Positions 49,734 to 63,619 of a DNA stretch of 64,000 nucleotides are shown here, piece by piece. The stretch comes from Eledone cirrhosa (Eukaryota). The notes under the pieces are model-generated. The model was not told the DNA's origin. It was given only the letters and a program-made list of their open reading frames with translations, and did no database searches. The stretch's first letter is position 1. Every line of letters begins with the position of its first letter. Made by a program: the position numbers and the translations under genes. The stretch spans positions 179,180,001 through 179,244,000 of the forward strand of contig OZ024741.1 of NCBI GenBank assembly GCA_964016885.1. The letters run 5' to 3'.

Positions 49734-52700
49734 CAGTTTGATAGTCATTTTTTTTCAATCGATATTCCCGTTTCCAGGAAGGTGCGAAACGACATGAATA
49801 TATTTCCGTTAATATTTCAGAATGTTCACGATCACTTTTTTTAGGTTAATTATTTCCTACGAGAGGCCATCGTACTGGGAAAATGGTAGCAGCTTCGCCA
49901 CATTTTCAGTGACAGAGGGTGGCATTCAGAAGTTACCACAAAGCATCGCAACTGACCCTTTAACGTTTCCGCCAATCTACCGCTTATGGATTGGTACTAT
50001 ATTTATCAATCTCAAAAGGATGGATTTAAACTCAGTGCACAGAGATCCGAAACGAATAACGCAAGGCATTCTGATTGACGCTCTAATGATTCTACAAATT
50101 TACCAACTTTTGTATGTGTAGAGCAAACAAAATGAAAATGTGTAAGGAATATGACAAAGTATTTACGGTGTAATTCCTAAATATATTTCTCTGTATAAGC
50201 CAACTATGTGGTGACAAATATACGCTATTATTATCAAGTGACGCCGGTAGCTTTGCTATGATTTGAAAGGATATTAGTTGGTAATCTGATGTATCTGATT
50301 AGAAAATATTATCACAAGAACCGAATTCTATAACTGTCTCCTACTTTATGCGAGAAATACGTTCTTGAAACCTGTTAATGAATTTTATTTAAAAACTTAT
50401 ATCGTTGTTTTGGGGCGGTGTTTTGTATTTTGGAAGGATTTTCGGTGTTTTTATTATTTTGTTTGTTTGTTTTGCATGGCTTTTTGTTCTTTATTAACTA
50501 TTGCATAACCATTCTAAGCTAGTCAAGTTGCAGACACTGGAATTTAGTTATCATGATAGACATAACATTTTTATTACACAATGCAGTTGGCCATTGCAGT
50601 TGGCAGGTCAATTCAGAGTGTCTCGGTGTGTATGGGTGAACTTAAGAGAAATTTAATACGTCTTAAAGGCTAAATATGAAGACAAACGTAGAATCTCTGT
50701 CGTCATAACATTGGCAAACATTAACCAGGAATCTCGTAATAATTGATTTTAAACTGTGCAAGTGAATGTGAATGTGGTTCCAGTGTCTCTGGTATACAAC
50801 CAAATTGTCGGCTGTAATTGCCATCAATACATATTATTTCATTTAGTAGATGCTGGATTGCTGCGTCTATTAAAATATTTGTATTTCTGTATTTTACAAA
50901 AAGAACGGCTAAGAGGCGTCTATCTTCGACAATGCTATACTATATACTGTACGTTAATAATTACAGCTACATTAGGGACAGATTAAAATTTCCATACTTT
51001 ATTGATATAGATGCAGGAATGTCAACGTCATTTGAGGTTCAGATCCATTGAGTGGCACCTTGGCAACTGTATTCTATTTCTTCTATGAGTGGATTAAAAC
51101 TGCTCGAACAGCCGTTACACGAAAGAAGTCGAGAATCCTGTTCCTATGTATCACTTTACATCACTACACCACCATTTTTATATTTTTTAGTCGAGAAGGG
51201 AAGGGCAATGTCCATGACCTTTTTCATGCCACCCCCCAAACTAATCAGAGAGAGAGAGTAAGATATCCTCCATCGACTCTAATGCAATTTTCAGTCTTTC
51301 TCCATCTCTGTTCTTGATGCGGCCTTGTCTTATCTCAATGGAGCCTCGACGTCAGGATTTTTTTTATTTTGTTCATATATTTTTCTTAAATGCATATGGA
51401 TTTCTGGTAAAGATTTGTTAAGAAACAGACAAACTTATGATATAGATGCCTGTAATAAAGTAAAAAATAACCACCTGCTCATGTGTCGTATCATGGGTTG
51501 TGATGCAGGCTTTTCGGTCTGTTTCTGGGCAGAATACTTATATTTTATGTTGCCTCAGCTTATCTATAGGTCAGGATTAATAGTTACTAGATAACCTGAG
51601 AATGTTAGTTAATGAACAGGTCGGGATTTTTCTCAAGGCCGTTTAACGACATATAAGCCGGCTCCGGCTGACAGAACCTGAAGTGGGCTCCTATTGTTAG
51701 GTTGGTTTTCAGTTTGTGCTGTGAAGGAAAAAAGGATGGAGCGCGACGCTGGGAACCTTATCTTCGTTAATCAAAATTGCTACAGAAACAACGAACAGAT
51801 AACTTTTCTGTAAGCAGGATCATGACACTGTCTGCAACCATGCGGAATGGCGATACTCCTTGGAAAACAGATGGAACAAAAGAAAAACTAAAGTAAAAAA
51901 AAAAAAAAAAAAAAATAACGGGAAAAAAATCAGAAGAAGAAGAAGAAGAAGAAGAAGAAGAAGAAGAAGAAGAAGAAGAAGGAGAGGAAGAAGAAGTGAA
52001 AATGTATTGCAGGTGTTACTATTTACTTACATTCTGAAACACTGAGTAGGTTGTCTATTGAATTTGTTATGTCCTCCATTCAACCTCTCTCTGTATTTAA
52101 TAAGTATTTAACGCATAGTAGGCGGCTTATTGTCGGAGTCATTAGAACGTCGGATAAATACTTTGCGATATTTATTCTGGTTCTCTGTGCTTTGAGTTCA
52201 ACTTTTCCGTTCATCTTTTGAAGATCGATAAAAAAAGGTACCAGTTCCGCTTTCTTACTTTCTTTCTGCCTGTGTCTTCTCTTGAAGAAATGGGCTGAGT
52301 TAAGGGACCATGCATGCATACAACTGTTTTATTATTTATATAATTTATCTGCAATATATGTATTTAAAGTATTTCTTTTTTCTTTATTTTTCTAGATACC
52401 AATCTGAGATAGACCTCGCGACAAACTGACAATTGGTTGGACACTTTACAAACATGAATCATCGGATGTTAAAGTAGTTTCATGGAAAGCGATACTTTGG
52501 ATTTCATTAATTTTACAGAGATAAAAAAGATTAAACATTTTCAATCTATCGTGTAGATTTACTAACAAGGTCTTTTTTTTATATAAATCTCGTAGATATT
52601 TTTCTGAACTATATTGTAAATATTTCGTTTTCATGTGAATCTTTCAAAAAAATATTTTCTTTGTGTTGATGTTTGTGTTTTATGTCTTTTGTTTCATTTC

Positions 52701-53075
52701 CACATTCTGTACACACATGGAAAAGTCTACAATTTTTCCCAACACATACCAATTTCATACTAAATACGAATCATTTGCAATAAGAAAGCACCAAATATCA
52801 TATCTAAATAAATTAAAGGAATCGAACAACAGATGGGATAAATTTCTAATGAAGGTGATTCTCATTTTCTAAAACACAGCGTAGATATTTTTTTATCTTT
52901 TAACAAATATAATAAAGAATTCTCCGTTTAAGATATAAAATGTTACGCAGATTAGATTTCATATCTAAGATTGCAAAAAAATACTGCTTAATTTGAAACA
53001 GCGACATAATTCCATACACAATGTAATCAAAATAAATTTTGATTCCTTTTAAATCAATTTCGTCTCTTCGACTAC

Positions 53076-54434
53076 ATGATATATTCAATGCTGCCAGAGA
53101 TGGAGACTTTATTAACAACGAGTTCTATTTTTCCTTCGGAGGAATATTCATTTCAAAATTTAAGCCTTACAAACTTTAGTGATGAAAACGTGACATTTTC
53201 AGAGAAGATTTCTTTTACCCCTCCAAGTATCACAAATATTTTAATTGCTCTATTCCTGGCATTGATGATCACTGGATGCATTTTTGGCAATGTTCTTGTT
53301 ATTTTGGCTGTTATCCTTTATAAACCGCTTCGAAGTGTTCAAAACTTTTTCATTGTTTCCCTTGCTGTGTCTGACTTATCAGTATCAGCTCTTGTTATGC
53401 CATTTCATGTAACGAACCTTGTCTTGGGATACTGGGTCTTTGGCTGGCTGCTCTGTGAGATATGGTTAACGCTTGATGTGCTTCTATGCACTTCGTCCAT
53501 TTTGAATCTTTGTGCTATTGCAGTTGATCGATACTGGGCCATTCATGATCCACTAAACTATGCTCAGAAACGTACACCAACAAGAGTGGGACTAATGATT
53601 GCGGCTGTGTGGTTTGTTAGTGCAATGGTATCAATTCCACCCGTCTTTGGTTGGATTGAAACTGGTCAACTCTACAATGAAATCGAAATGCAGTGTCACT
53701 TAACAGGTGACCGCAGCTATGTAGTCTATTCTGCCTTCGGCTCTTTTTACATTCCTCTTATAATGATGACTTTTATCTATTTCAAAATCTTTCTTGCCAT
53801 TAGACGCCGTCTGCGAAAACGACGTGAACAGACTGCTATGTGTAAAATCAAAGCTAATTCAGCCAATAAAGAAGATAAGAAAGAGCAAAGCCCTGAATCA
53901 ACACCTGCCAAAGATAGAGACACACCCCCAACACCTGTTCAAGAAGAGAGATCAATTGAAGGTGCTGAAATGAATTCAGAAACTCACGCTGAAAGCGGTG
54001 AATTGAAAAGTCCAGTCACGGAAGTTTGTGTTACATCTCAAAACGGCGGAACTCACAGCAGACTGTCTAATGAAGAGAAAGAGAAACAAGGAAGAGGAAA
54101 GGGTAAACGGGTGAAATCGTTCTTTGAGAAAAAGCAAAAAATATCCTTATCGAAAGAACGCAAAGCTACGAGAATCCTTGGAATTGTTATGTTAGCTTTT
54201 ATAATATGTTGGCTACCTTTTTTTCTTATGTACTTAATTCTACCATTCTGCCAGTCATGCAGTCAAGTTCCAATTTTTGCTGAAATCTTTATAGTATGGC
54301 TTGGATATCTAAATTCTGGACTAAATCCTTTGATATATACCATATTTAATGAGGAATTTCGAAAAGCGTTCTACATGCTTCTATCCCGCGTCTGCTTCAA
54401 GAAAAAAGGACGGGATAAAACATCTAAACTGTAA
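53076..54434 (+). CDS. Class A biogenic-amine GPCR, tyramine/octopamine receptor-like (TAR1/Oct-TyrR type), single coding exon
   Basis: Seven TM segments; GN in TM1; 'SLAVSD'; TM3 Asp in 'WLTLDVLLCTSSILNLCAIAVDRYWAI.DPLNYAQKRT'; TM5 'YSAFGSFYIP'; long ICL3; 'KQKISLSKERKA'; 'CWLPFF'; 'NPLIY'; N-terminal N-glycosylation sequons. The true start may be a later Met. Confidence 0.92.
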   Translation: MIYSMLPEMETLLTTSSIFPSEEYSFQNLSLTNFSDENVTFSEKISFTPPSITNILIALFLALMITGCIFGNVLVILAVILYKPLRSVQNFFIVSLAVSDLSVSALVMPFHVTNLVLGYWVFGWLLCEIWLTLDVLLCTSSILNLCAIAVDRYWAIHDPLNYAQKRTPTRVGLMIAAVWFVSAMVSIPPVFGWIETGQLYNEIEMQCHLTGDRSYVVYSAFGSFYIPLIMMTFIYFKIFLAIRRRLRKRREQTAMCKIKANSANKEDKKEQSPESTPAKDRDTPPTPVQEERSIEGAEMNSETHAESGELKSPVTEVCVTSQNGGTHSRLSNEEKEKQGRGKGKRVKSFFEKKQKISLSKERKATRILGIVMLAFIICWLPFFLMYLILPFCQSCSQVPIFAEIFIVWLGYLNSGLNPLIYTIFNEEFRKAFYMLLSRVCFKKKGRDKTSKL

Positions 54435-55141
54435 CAATTCTTATGAAAATTGATACAAAAATTCAATCGTAAATGATCTCTGATATGTCTTCACTAAAAA
54501 AGAGAATGTCTTCACTATAAAAAAAAAAGAATACAGTGAAAAACATAATTCAATACACATGAACGAGTTTTATTGTGTACAGAAAAGAAAGTATTTCCAT
54601 ATTTTAAAAGAAATGGGCAAAGGCGTATACGTGAGAAGTTATATATGCAAACAAATATACGTTCAGTTTCGGATACTCAAAATATAGCAACAGTATGTAT
54701 ATCATACTTGAAACATGAACAAAAAAACTACCATATCAAAATAATTGTTAGAAAATGTCGCGTCATACAATGAATTAAAACTTGAATGGCTGTATTCTGC
54801 CTTTCAAATATCTTTCTTATACAAAAGTAGATGAATGTATTTTATGTGTATGAAGGAATGAATGTATATTTATGAGTGCATATATATTTATATATGTATA
54901 TAAGTTGTTTAACAGCACAATTCATAGGACAGAAACAAAAAAAAAACAGGTTCTCTCTCGAGGCTCGAACCTCACATTTCCCCCCAGGGGTCAGTATTAG
55001 TGATTACATCAAAGAGAAATCCTACCCCATCACCGTTCACTTCTGCCAAATAAGCTGTACAAACGTTTCTCTGTCTTAGATTGTTGCTTGTAAACATCTT
55101 ATATAATTTATATTTAAAATCTTTAATGTATGACTTGTACA

Positions 55142-55204
<63 letters not shown>

Positions 55205-55432
55205 TATCAAAAATATCGAAAGATGTTTGTAAGCATTTTACGATTATTTTCTATAATTCGTGCATTAAGGTCATTTTCTTCACTTTGCATGTAAAGTGTT
55301 CAATTACTTCTACTACGACTACTAATACTACTTCCTTTTCTTCTTAAACTCTTTTTTTACTTTTTCATCATTAAGTTTTCTCTTTTCTTTCACGTGACAT
55401 TACTATAATATATTTTGCATTGTTGTTTAATT

Positions 55433-55482
<50 letters not shown>

Positions 55483-56349
55483 CACGCCCACTCATACATT
55501 ATATACATATATATGCATATATATATATACATGTGCGTGCATGTGTGTATAAATGTATATAAATATATAAATGTATATATATATATATATATTTATTTTG
55601 CGAGGTTTATATATATATATATATATGTTTGTGTGTATACATATATACAAATACATTTATGTATACATGCATATATGTACACATGCATATATATATATAT
55701 ATATATGTACACATGCATATATATATATAATGTATATGTGTGTATGTGTGTGTGTGTGTGTACGATCAATATGAAAAGTGAGAAGCTGTAAAATCAAACA
55801 AGAGCTACAGAAAGCATGAAAACAAGTCCCGGTTGATATACATATTTAAAGGTTTTCATTCATTATGCAAAAAAAAATGAATTATTGTTTCGTTTTTGTT
55901 TTTTTAATTATTTATAAAGTCTTCTTTATATAGATGCAACAGAATCATTACCATTTCTATATATTTTTCTTTTTTTTTTTCTTTGAAAATAATCGATCTG
56001 GCGGAGGTTTTGGCTATTAAAAAAAGTACATTTAGTCTTACAGTCGTTTCTTAATAACGGAAATATTTTTTAAAAAATTTCAAAATTATAGATAATTTTC
56101 AACATCATAGAATTAGATATATATATATATATATAACATAACGGAATGAAAGATTATTGCTGTTGCTGTTGCTGTTTTTGTTGATGACGTTGCTGCTGCT
56201 GTTGTTGTTGTTGTTGTTTTTGCTGTTGATTTTGTTTGTTGTTGTTTTTAGCACTCATCCTGAAATCAACCGTGAGTGAGCAGACCTATGATCAAAGTCG
56301 TTCCAGTTATGACCATCCTGTTCATTTTTAGAGAATTGTTTATATATGA

Positions 56350-57480
56350 CTGTATATATAACGTGTCAGTCACTTTTCAAGGCGGTATGTTGTTGCAATT
56401 TTAGAAAGATTTGGCTGCTAATTCTAGCAGATCTTCTCACTGTTTCCTACGTTTTAATCCTAATTCCTCTTCGTCAATTATTATATCTTCCTCTCATCCA
56501 AACATCAACCCATATAGAAGGGGCTCGTTTATACATCGAATGGCAGTTATTTTACTTCATCGTTGTCCTCTTGTTACGTCTTGCAAGCCTTTAAATCGGG
56601 CTCACCCTTTCGTCTCTGTTGGTTTTCTTTTCCTCATTTTTATCCCGGTGTTTCTCCACTCCTATCCAGCCTCTATTGCGTACCCGTTGTCATAAAAGGA
56701 TGGGATTGTGCTCTTGGTTGGTGGGGAGGGCTCCCGCTCGTCGGTCTCCGAAACCGAGGACGATACGGACACTACAACTCATCGCAGAAATAATGGCTAT
56801 GCTGCTTCATGTTTCAGTCTTCTTTCATTCCTACTCACTGCTGTTTATGGGTGACAAAGAACGAAGCAATCTATTCCGCCAATTCCAGTCTTTCTATCGA
56901 GGTTACTGTTCGATTGGAGTCTCCCGATCCTGCAGTTGTTCTTTGTATTTATGTGTTTTTGTTTTGTTTTTTTCACCTCCTCGGAGCAGTAAGCTTTTAA
57001 GTAACGTTTTCTGCTACTTGGTCTTGTATTCTTATGTGGTCATAAGGACTTGCAACTCTGTATTGAACCTTATCGATCATGTGTCATTTTTTGAGTCCTC
57101 CACGATTACCAGCCAGTATTTTATTCCGAAAATGAGGAAACAAGCCAGGGGTCGATATCACTATCAGTTTCTCTGATTGTCCCATTTGTGTTGCGCTGAA
57201 CCATATATTGAGGATGAGATGATGAGCGAATGTTTCAAGACAAGTATTACCCCTGCCTGGCGGCATTGCGCCTTGGCCTTGAAAAGCAACTCAATAGTTC
57301 GTAGGCTTTGCCTCGATCAAAGGTTCGAGGCTTCCTTCAATTGAAGGTATAAAATCTACTCTGTTTTCAGGGAGGTACGTCAGATTTCTTCTTTTCCGGT
57401 CCTGAAAAACTTTTTGGAGTTTCCTGGCACAATTTTGTCATTCTTTCTTTTGGACTTAGGCTCTGTCCATTTTTAAAAGC
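56350..57480 (-). mobile_element. Highly decayed LINE-like remnant (uncertain)
   Basis: GC-richer block with a weak RT-like 'QG.T' motif near 57250; no intact ORF. Confidence 0.3.
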
Positions 57481-57566
57481 ACCTCCTTGGAAATAATATG
57501 TTGTTTTTTTTTAATTACTTGGAAATAATTGTTTTTTTTTAATTACTTGCTATTCTACTTGACAAA

Positions 57567-57597
<31 letters not shown>

Positions 57598-58259
57598 CGC
57601 TTGTGTGTGTGTGCGCGTGTGTGTGTGCGCCCGTGTGCGCGTGTGTGCGCGTGTGTATGGGTGCTACTGTTGCTGCTATTACCAAGCGAGACATTAAATT
57701 CATTTAAGGTGCTCAAAACGTCCTTATTTTTTTTTTTTTTTCGTTTTCATTCAAAGGGTGCGTGTCTGTGTAAAATGTTCGTAGTCATGCTGTCATTCCT
57801 TTGTATAGTATTTTCAGAGATATGCCACCATGATGTTAAAAAATACGACAGAAATCTAAATAAACAAATCTAAAAACAAAATCCCTATAAAGCGACATTT
57901 TGTCTCTAAAAATGTAAAAAAAAAATGCATAAATTCTTCAGTATTGTAAACACAAAATAAGAACATTCCCACATTTAAAACTACTCAATCATCAAAATTA
58001 TCGGAGCGGAAATAAACACGTCTTCATAACGCAAGAGGAAATATATAAATAATAATTATTTCTAACTTAAGCTCAAGGCCAGCAATTTTGGTAGGGGTAG
58101 GGAAAAATCGATTACATCAACCCCTGAACGTGGCTATTACTTTATTTTATAGACGTTAAATACATGAAAAGCAATAATAATAATAATAATAATTGTTTCT
58201 ACTTTTGGCACAAGGCCAGCAAATACCCAGTGTATTACTGGTACTTTATTTTAATACGT

Positions 58260-58465
58260 TAGGCATAAGGCCAGTAATTTAAGGGAAGGCTAAGTCGATT
58301 AAATCGGTCTCAGTACTTGACTAGTACTTAGTTTTATCAACCACAGAAGGATGAAAGGCAAAGTTGACTTCAGCGAGATTTGAACTCAGAATGTAAAGAG
58401 ATAAAACAAATGGCGCAAAACATTTTTTTCCGAAGTTATAATAATTCTGCCAATCTGCCGCCCTT
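58260..58465 (-). mobile_element. SINE copy (family of 46410-46620)
   Basis: aggatgaaaggcaaagttgac...gatttgaactcaga homology. Confidence 0.7.
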
Positions 58466-58669
58466 CCTCTCTCTTTTAAGCACAACGCTAGTAATTTGTG
58501 GGGAGGGAAAAGTCACCCCAGCATTATAAGATTTACCCACCCCAGTATTTACAAGTATTTTATTTCATCGACTCCAGACTGGAACTAGCTGTTGAAACAG
58601 CAAAATCTTAGCCGTCTTTATAACATATATATATATTAACAAACTAATTATATATATATATATATATAT

Positions 58670-58860
58670 ATAACAAAGGAATTATGGTAAGGAACCAGAT
58701 GGACCATAACGCACCAGAGTACTCAACACTTAGGGTAGTAGAGTGGGAAATAGGAAAAAGTATGACCCCGACGGCAGAGCTCAAGCCGTTTCGACGTTTT
58801 AGTCCAGAAATAGCCGTCGAAACGGCTTGAGATCTGCCGTCGGGGTCATACTTTTTCCTA
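58670..58860 (-). mobile_element. Fold-back family A (reverse orientation)
   Basis: Tail 58670-58750; palindromic arms 58751-58796 and 58815-58860; inside (TA)n. Confidence 0.85.
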
Positions 58861-59794
58861 TATATATATATATATATCTTTCATTAGCATTGAGTAGATG
58901 CGAAAATATGTTTGCAATGCAAATGAACTCTAAATAATATTCCAACAAGTCACGTAAAATACCTTTCCGATTGGAGCAAAATAAAGTGGACAGACCTCAG
59001 AAAGCAAATGCGTATGAAAAACAAATTACAGAATTTCGCTATATTTTGAATAAAATTGCTCTGGAAAGACGCCGGCAACCTTTAGTTCATCCAAGGATGT
59101 TGATCCATTCAAAATTGCTGCATGAAAACAGTTCATTATTTATTTATTTTTCTGGAAGCATGAGAAACAACCTACCACCTCTTCGTAAAGATTTCCCCCC
59201 ACCAGTACCCCGCGCCCGCTAGATTGCAGGTACCAAAGTGCAAGAATGCAGCCTAAAATTTAGAACACGCTTCTGGTTAACAGATGTGATGTCCTCTCCC
59301 TCTGCTTCTACACTACTACACTGTTCACTGCGTTTTATAGGCTGCTGATTCATGTCACCTCAACTTAGACAATACCGAGATACTCTCTCCACCTCTCATT
59401 ACTGATGATTTATCGAAATCATAAACTAAGCCCTGCGTTAACCACAATACCCAGTCCTTCATGCACAGGACGTGGGCTCACTGAAACTCCATTCTCCCTG
59501 TTTGTCTTTCCAACAGTTTAAGTGGAACATTAACGACATCGATCTCTCCTAACACGGAAGGCGTGTGAACGCCATGGTCACTGCTCCTTCCTCCAGACCT
59601 ACCAAATAAAAAGTATACATATAGAGAGATATACACACATACATGCATGTATACCTATACTTTTACGTATCAAAACAACAGGAATCCTCTCTATAGAAGA
59701 GAAACAGAACAAAAAGTCACAATTTTTCACATCATACACCACACACATGATGGTGTTAATGGTGGTGATGATGATGTTGGTATTTATTATAATA

Positions 59795-59980
59795 ATTGTT
59801 TCTACTCTTGGCACAAGGCCAGCAAATTACCCAGTACATTACTGGTACTTTATTTTATCGATCCCGTAAGGATGAAAGGCAAAGTTAACCTCGGCGGGAT
59901 TTGAACTCAGACCGTAAAGGGACGTAACTATGCTGGAAAGCATGGCGTCCGACTCTCTACTGATACTGCCAATCCACCGA
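59795..59980 (-). mobile_element. SINE copy (family of 46410-46620)
   Basis: Nearly identical to 47375-47475 over the shared part. Confidence 0.7.
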
Positions 59981-60559
59981 TGAAAGCGGTGACGATGGTG
60001 ATGGCCATGATGATGATGATGATGGTGATTTTAATGAGGGTGGTGTTGGTGATGGATATGATGAGTATCATGATGTTGATAACTATGATAAATATCAGGG
60101 TGTTGATGGCTATGCTGATGATGTTGCTTAGCCCTAGTCAAGCAAAATTATGATGAAAGAGATTCCAAGTGTGAATATCCGGTAGGCCTTTTCTTTTCAG
60201 TTATAAAGCGTAATTTTTATTCTTTTATTCTTTATCTTGTTTCAGTCACTGGACAAGGGCTATGCTGGAGTACTGTGAAGGGGCATGGCTCAGTGGTTAT
60301 GGTTTTCGGTTCACGATGTTATTTAACTACCAGCATGAGCGCTAAATATATGCAAATTAGTATGCCTATTTCAGAATACTAGTAAGAGCGAATGAGTGTC
60401 TTCTTGTGGTTGTTTAGAAAATATGCATGCCTTCCCATAAGGTGTTTATTATTTTCTCTATTTACAGAAGAATTCGTATTGTCTGGTATGCGTTCATGTC
60501 TATATATTAAAACTTTGTATATTTATGTACACATTGGCGCAGTCAGTGTTACCCACTCT

Positions 60560-60727
60560 GAATGAGTGAGAGAGATTGAGTGAGTGAGTGAGTGAGTGAG
60601 TGAGTGAGTGAGTGAGTGAGTGAGTGAGTGAGTGAGTGAGTGAGTGAGTGAGTGAGTGAGTGAGAGAGAGGGAGAGAGATTGAGTGAGTGAATGAGTGAG
60701 TGAGAGTGTGTGTGTATGTGTGTGTTT
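60560..60727. repeat. (GAGT)n microsatellite
   Basis: Direct reading. Confidence 0.9.
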
Positions 60728-60760
60728 CGAGCTGAACCTGCAAGTTTTGTGGGCTCTCTT

Positions 60761-60849
60761 GGCTTTAGGTAGTCTCAGGCTTTAGGTAGTCTCAGGCTTT
60801 AGGTAGTCTCAGGCTTTAGGTAGTCTCAGGCTTTAGGTAGTCTCAGGCT
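60761..60849. repeat. 17-bp minisatellite GGCTTTAGGTAGTCTCA x5
   Basis: Perfect tandem copies. Confidence 0.95.
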
Positions 60850-60879
60850 GCAGATAGCTAGATGGTAATCAGTTGACAA

Positions 60880-61500
60880 CTCAGCCGCTCTCTTAACACG
60901 AACATCAGAACAGAATCGATTTTTGATCTCTCTCCCCGATTTCCTTTCATAGACCATGTGTATTTAGGGCTGCCTTTATGCTGGAAGAAGGTGTTGATAA
61001 TACAGAGCCTATTACTAGAATAAAGTCTCTCCATTCATATTTAGATCGGGATCGTTGTTGCTTCCAATCACTCCTTTCCATATCGAGTAGCCAGCACCAA
61101 CATATGCATTGAAGGCTCCTATTAGGATATATGACTCAATCTTAATTACATCTAACACTGCAGTGGTTTCATCAAGGAAGGATCTGTATTCAGTCTCTCT
61201 GTTTGGCGCCCACAGAGACCTTTCTTTCAGCGTAAACTCCCTCCCAATGGGATCCAGTTCATAACACATTCTGATGCCTGTGCAGTATTTTCTAGCGCCA
61301 CACCTTCATAATGGAGTTTCCATCCTCCATACAAATCTACTGTACGAGAGCCACTAAACTTTGAAGAAGCCCCAACTATATCTTGCCGGTAGCATCTGGA
61401 CTCCTCCACTAATTGCTGCTCCGTGCTTGTAAGGGTTGTAACGTTCTTGTTGCCAATTATCAAGGTTTGTACCCTTCCGGTCCCTCTCTGGGGTCTTGAG
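60880..61500 (-). mobile_element. RTE-type LINE APE endonuclease fragment
   Basis: 'IGNKNVTTL..DIVG', 'LIGAFNAYVG..WKGVIG..LNMNGE', 'KYTW..SKID'. Confidence 0.7.
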
Positions 61501-61829
61501 ATACGTAATATTTGTGCTTCCATCCCACGCCTCCCAAGCCAGGATGCAGGCCCATCGCCAGTTCTTGCAGCGTTGGGTGAAAACTGCAATATATTTATTG
61601 AACAGGCCCCTCTATCTAAGGCCTGAATACGTCCCTTGTTATCCCATATGAAGGACAATGCGGTTTGGATGTCTTTACAGTTTCTAGTCATATTGGGAAA
61701 CCCTGGCAAATAACGAATTTAGTAACAGGTTTGCGAATACTATTGCATCCAAACTCAGAGAACTTCCTGAGCAAACTAAGGACATTGAAACAAAATGGAG
61801 ACTATTCAGCTCGGCAGTTTCTACTTCAG

Positions 61830-63590
61830 CTGTTAAATGCTGCGAGAGGAAGCAGCTTGGTGTGGCGTCGGGTGGCAGGAGGATCCCTTAGTTCAAACAA
61901 GTGGTCAAATATGCCATCTAAGCAAAGAATGAGGCTTACAAATCTTGGCTTTGAAATAAGTGCTCGTTCTTGCGCTTGCGGTACAAGCAAGCACGAAGAA
62001 TCGCAGCAAAGACAGTAAAGGTGTCCAAAGTTAAGAGATGGGAGGAATTTGAGGTTAAGTTGGAATCCAACTTCAGGACACCAAAAAGAATGTTCTCGCA
62101 GAACATCCGCCCTCTTCATAATAAGAATTCCTTTTCCACGCCCACTATCGGGAACGCGCCTGGGCGTTCTTCTCTCTTCAGAGAGATGCATCCTCGTGAA
62201 GTGGAGAGAATACTTTGCCGATCTCCTAAATCCGATCACAACAGCATCTTCTGATGTAAACGAGGTGCATCTGGGAGTAATGACTAACCTCTCCGAGGCT
62301 GAGGTCACAAGAGCAATTAAAGAGCTTAAATGTTGCAAGGCCACTAGGGAGGATGAAATTCGACTCGAGATGTTAAAAGCTTTAAATAGAGAAAATACTC
62401 TCCCTGGCTGACTCGTGTCAGCCGAGGGAACTGGATCTCTGGAAAGGCACTTAAGGAATGGCAACCAAGAGTGATAATCCCAATCTTCAAAAAATGTGAC
62501 AAGAGAGATTGTTCCAAGTATTGAGGAATCACCTTCTTAAGCCTCCTCGGTAAAGTCTATGCTAAGTGTCTTGGAAAGAGATGTAGGAAGATTGTCGAGT
62601 CCAAGCTAGCTGATAAACAGTGTAATTTTCGCCCCGAACGTAGTACAACCGACCAAATATTTACACTGCAGCGAGTCTTTGAGAAATGGTGAGAGAATTG
62701 CCACGAGGTGTATTCTCATTTTTAGACTTCAAAAAAGCATATGACCTCATTACACGAGACATGTTGTGGAAGGTTCCGCGGGAGAATGGGGCGGTGGACA
62801 GCTTCTTGTTGCCCTGATGTCTCTATACGAATGCCCAAGTATTTGTGTTTGAATAAATGGTGCTAAATCGAAACAATTCAATGTGGTAGGTCAGACTCTG
62901 CCAAGGGTACGTACTGTCAACACTCCTGTTCATAATCTTTATGGACATGATTGACGTGTGCAGCCGGGCTGGAAATGGTATCGAGACTGGCGGGTCTAGG
63001 ATCAGTCGGCTGGAATTTGCGGATGATATGATACTACTTAACTCGTCAGAAAGTGATCTCTGATGTGCTATTGATAGGTTTGCTGCCAAGTGCTGAACGA
63101 CAGGAATTAAAATCAGCGCTGCAAAGACTGAAACACTCATCCTCTCAAGAAAGCCTGCGCAGTGCTCTCTACATGTGAATGGATCTCTTCTGAAGTAGGT
63201 AGAAAAGTTAAAATATCTCGGTGCCGTGTTCACGAGTGGTGGAAGGCAAGAGACTGAATTAAGTGCAACAATTGCAGGAACTGGTGCAGAAATGCGTCAG
63301 AGTTAGCTTTGGTCATCGGAAGAAGGGAGGTGGGTGTAAAAGCTAAATTCGCAATCTTCAATTCGGTATTCACGCCAAGCCTTACCTATGGTGATGAATC
63401 TTGGGTAATGACCGAAAGAATACGATCGTGAATATAAGCGACCGAAATGGGATTCCTCCGAAGTGTCTTTGGAGTAACGTTACTCGGAGATCAGAAAGTC
63501 GCTCCAGGTAGAACCGCTACTTCACCGAATTGTAAGATCGCAGCTCCGATCTTTTGTTGACCCGAAGTTGTGGTAGAAGAGGCTTTCCCA
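61830..63590 (+). mobile_element. Decayed RTE-type LINE reverse transcriptase
   Basis: Frameshifted 'WREYFADLLN', 'KATREDEIRLEMLKAL', 'IPIFKK', 'RSTTDQIF', 'DFKKAYD', 'CQGYVLS', 'EFADD', 'KYLG', 'LTYG.ESW'. Confidence 0.85.
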
Positions 63591-63619
63591 AGACACCGTG
63601 CTATTGGTATAGGACTACA

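Noticed and set aside
51860-52045. Lys/Arg-rich small ORF
   Set aside because: Product of a poly(A) run and an (AGA)n repeat
58971-59600. Possible LINE 3' remnant or small ORF
   Set aside because: GC-richer block, but no motif I can identify confidently
60761-60849. CRISPR-like or telomeric array
   Set aside because: No spacers, eukaryotic context, and not a pure telomeric hexamer; a simple minisatellite
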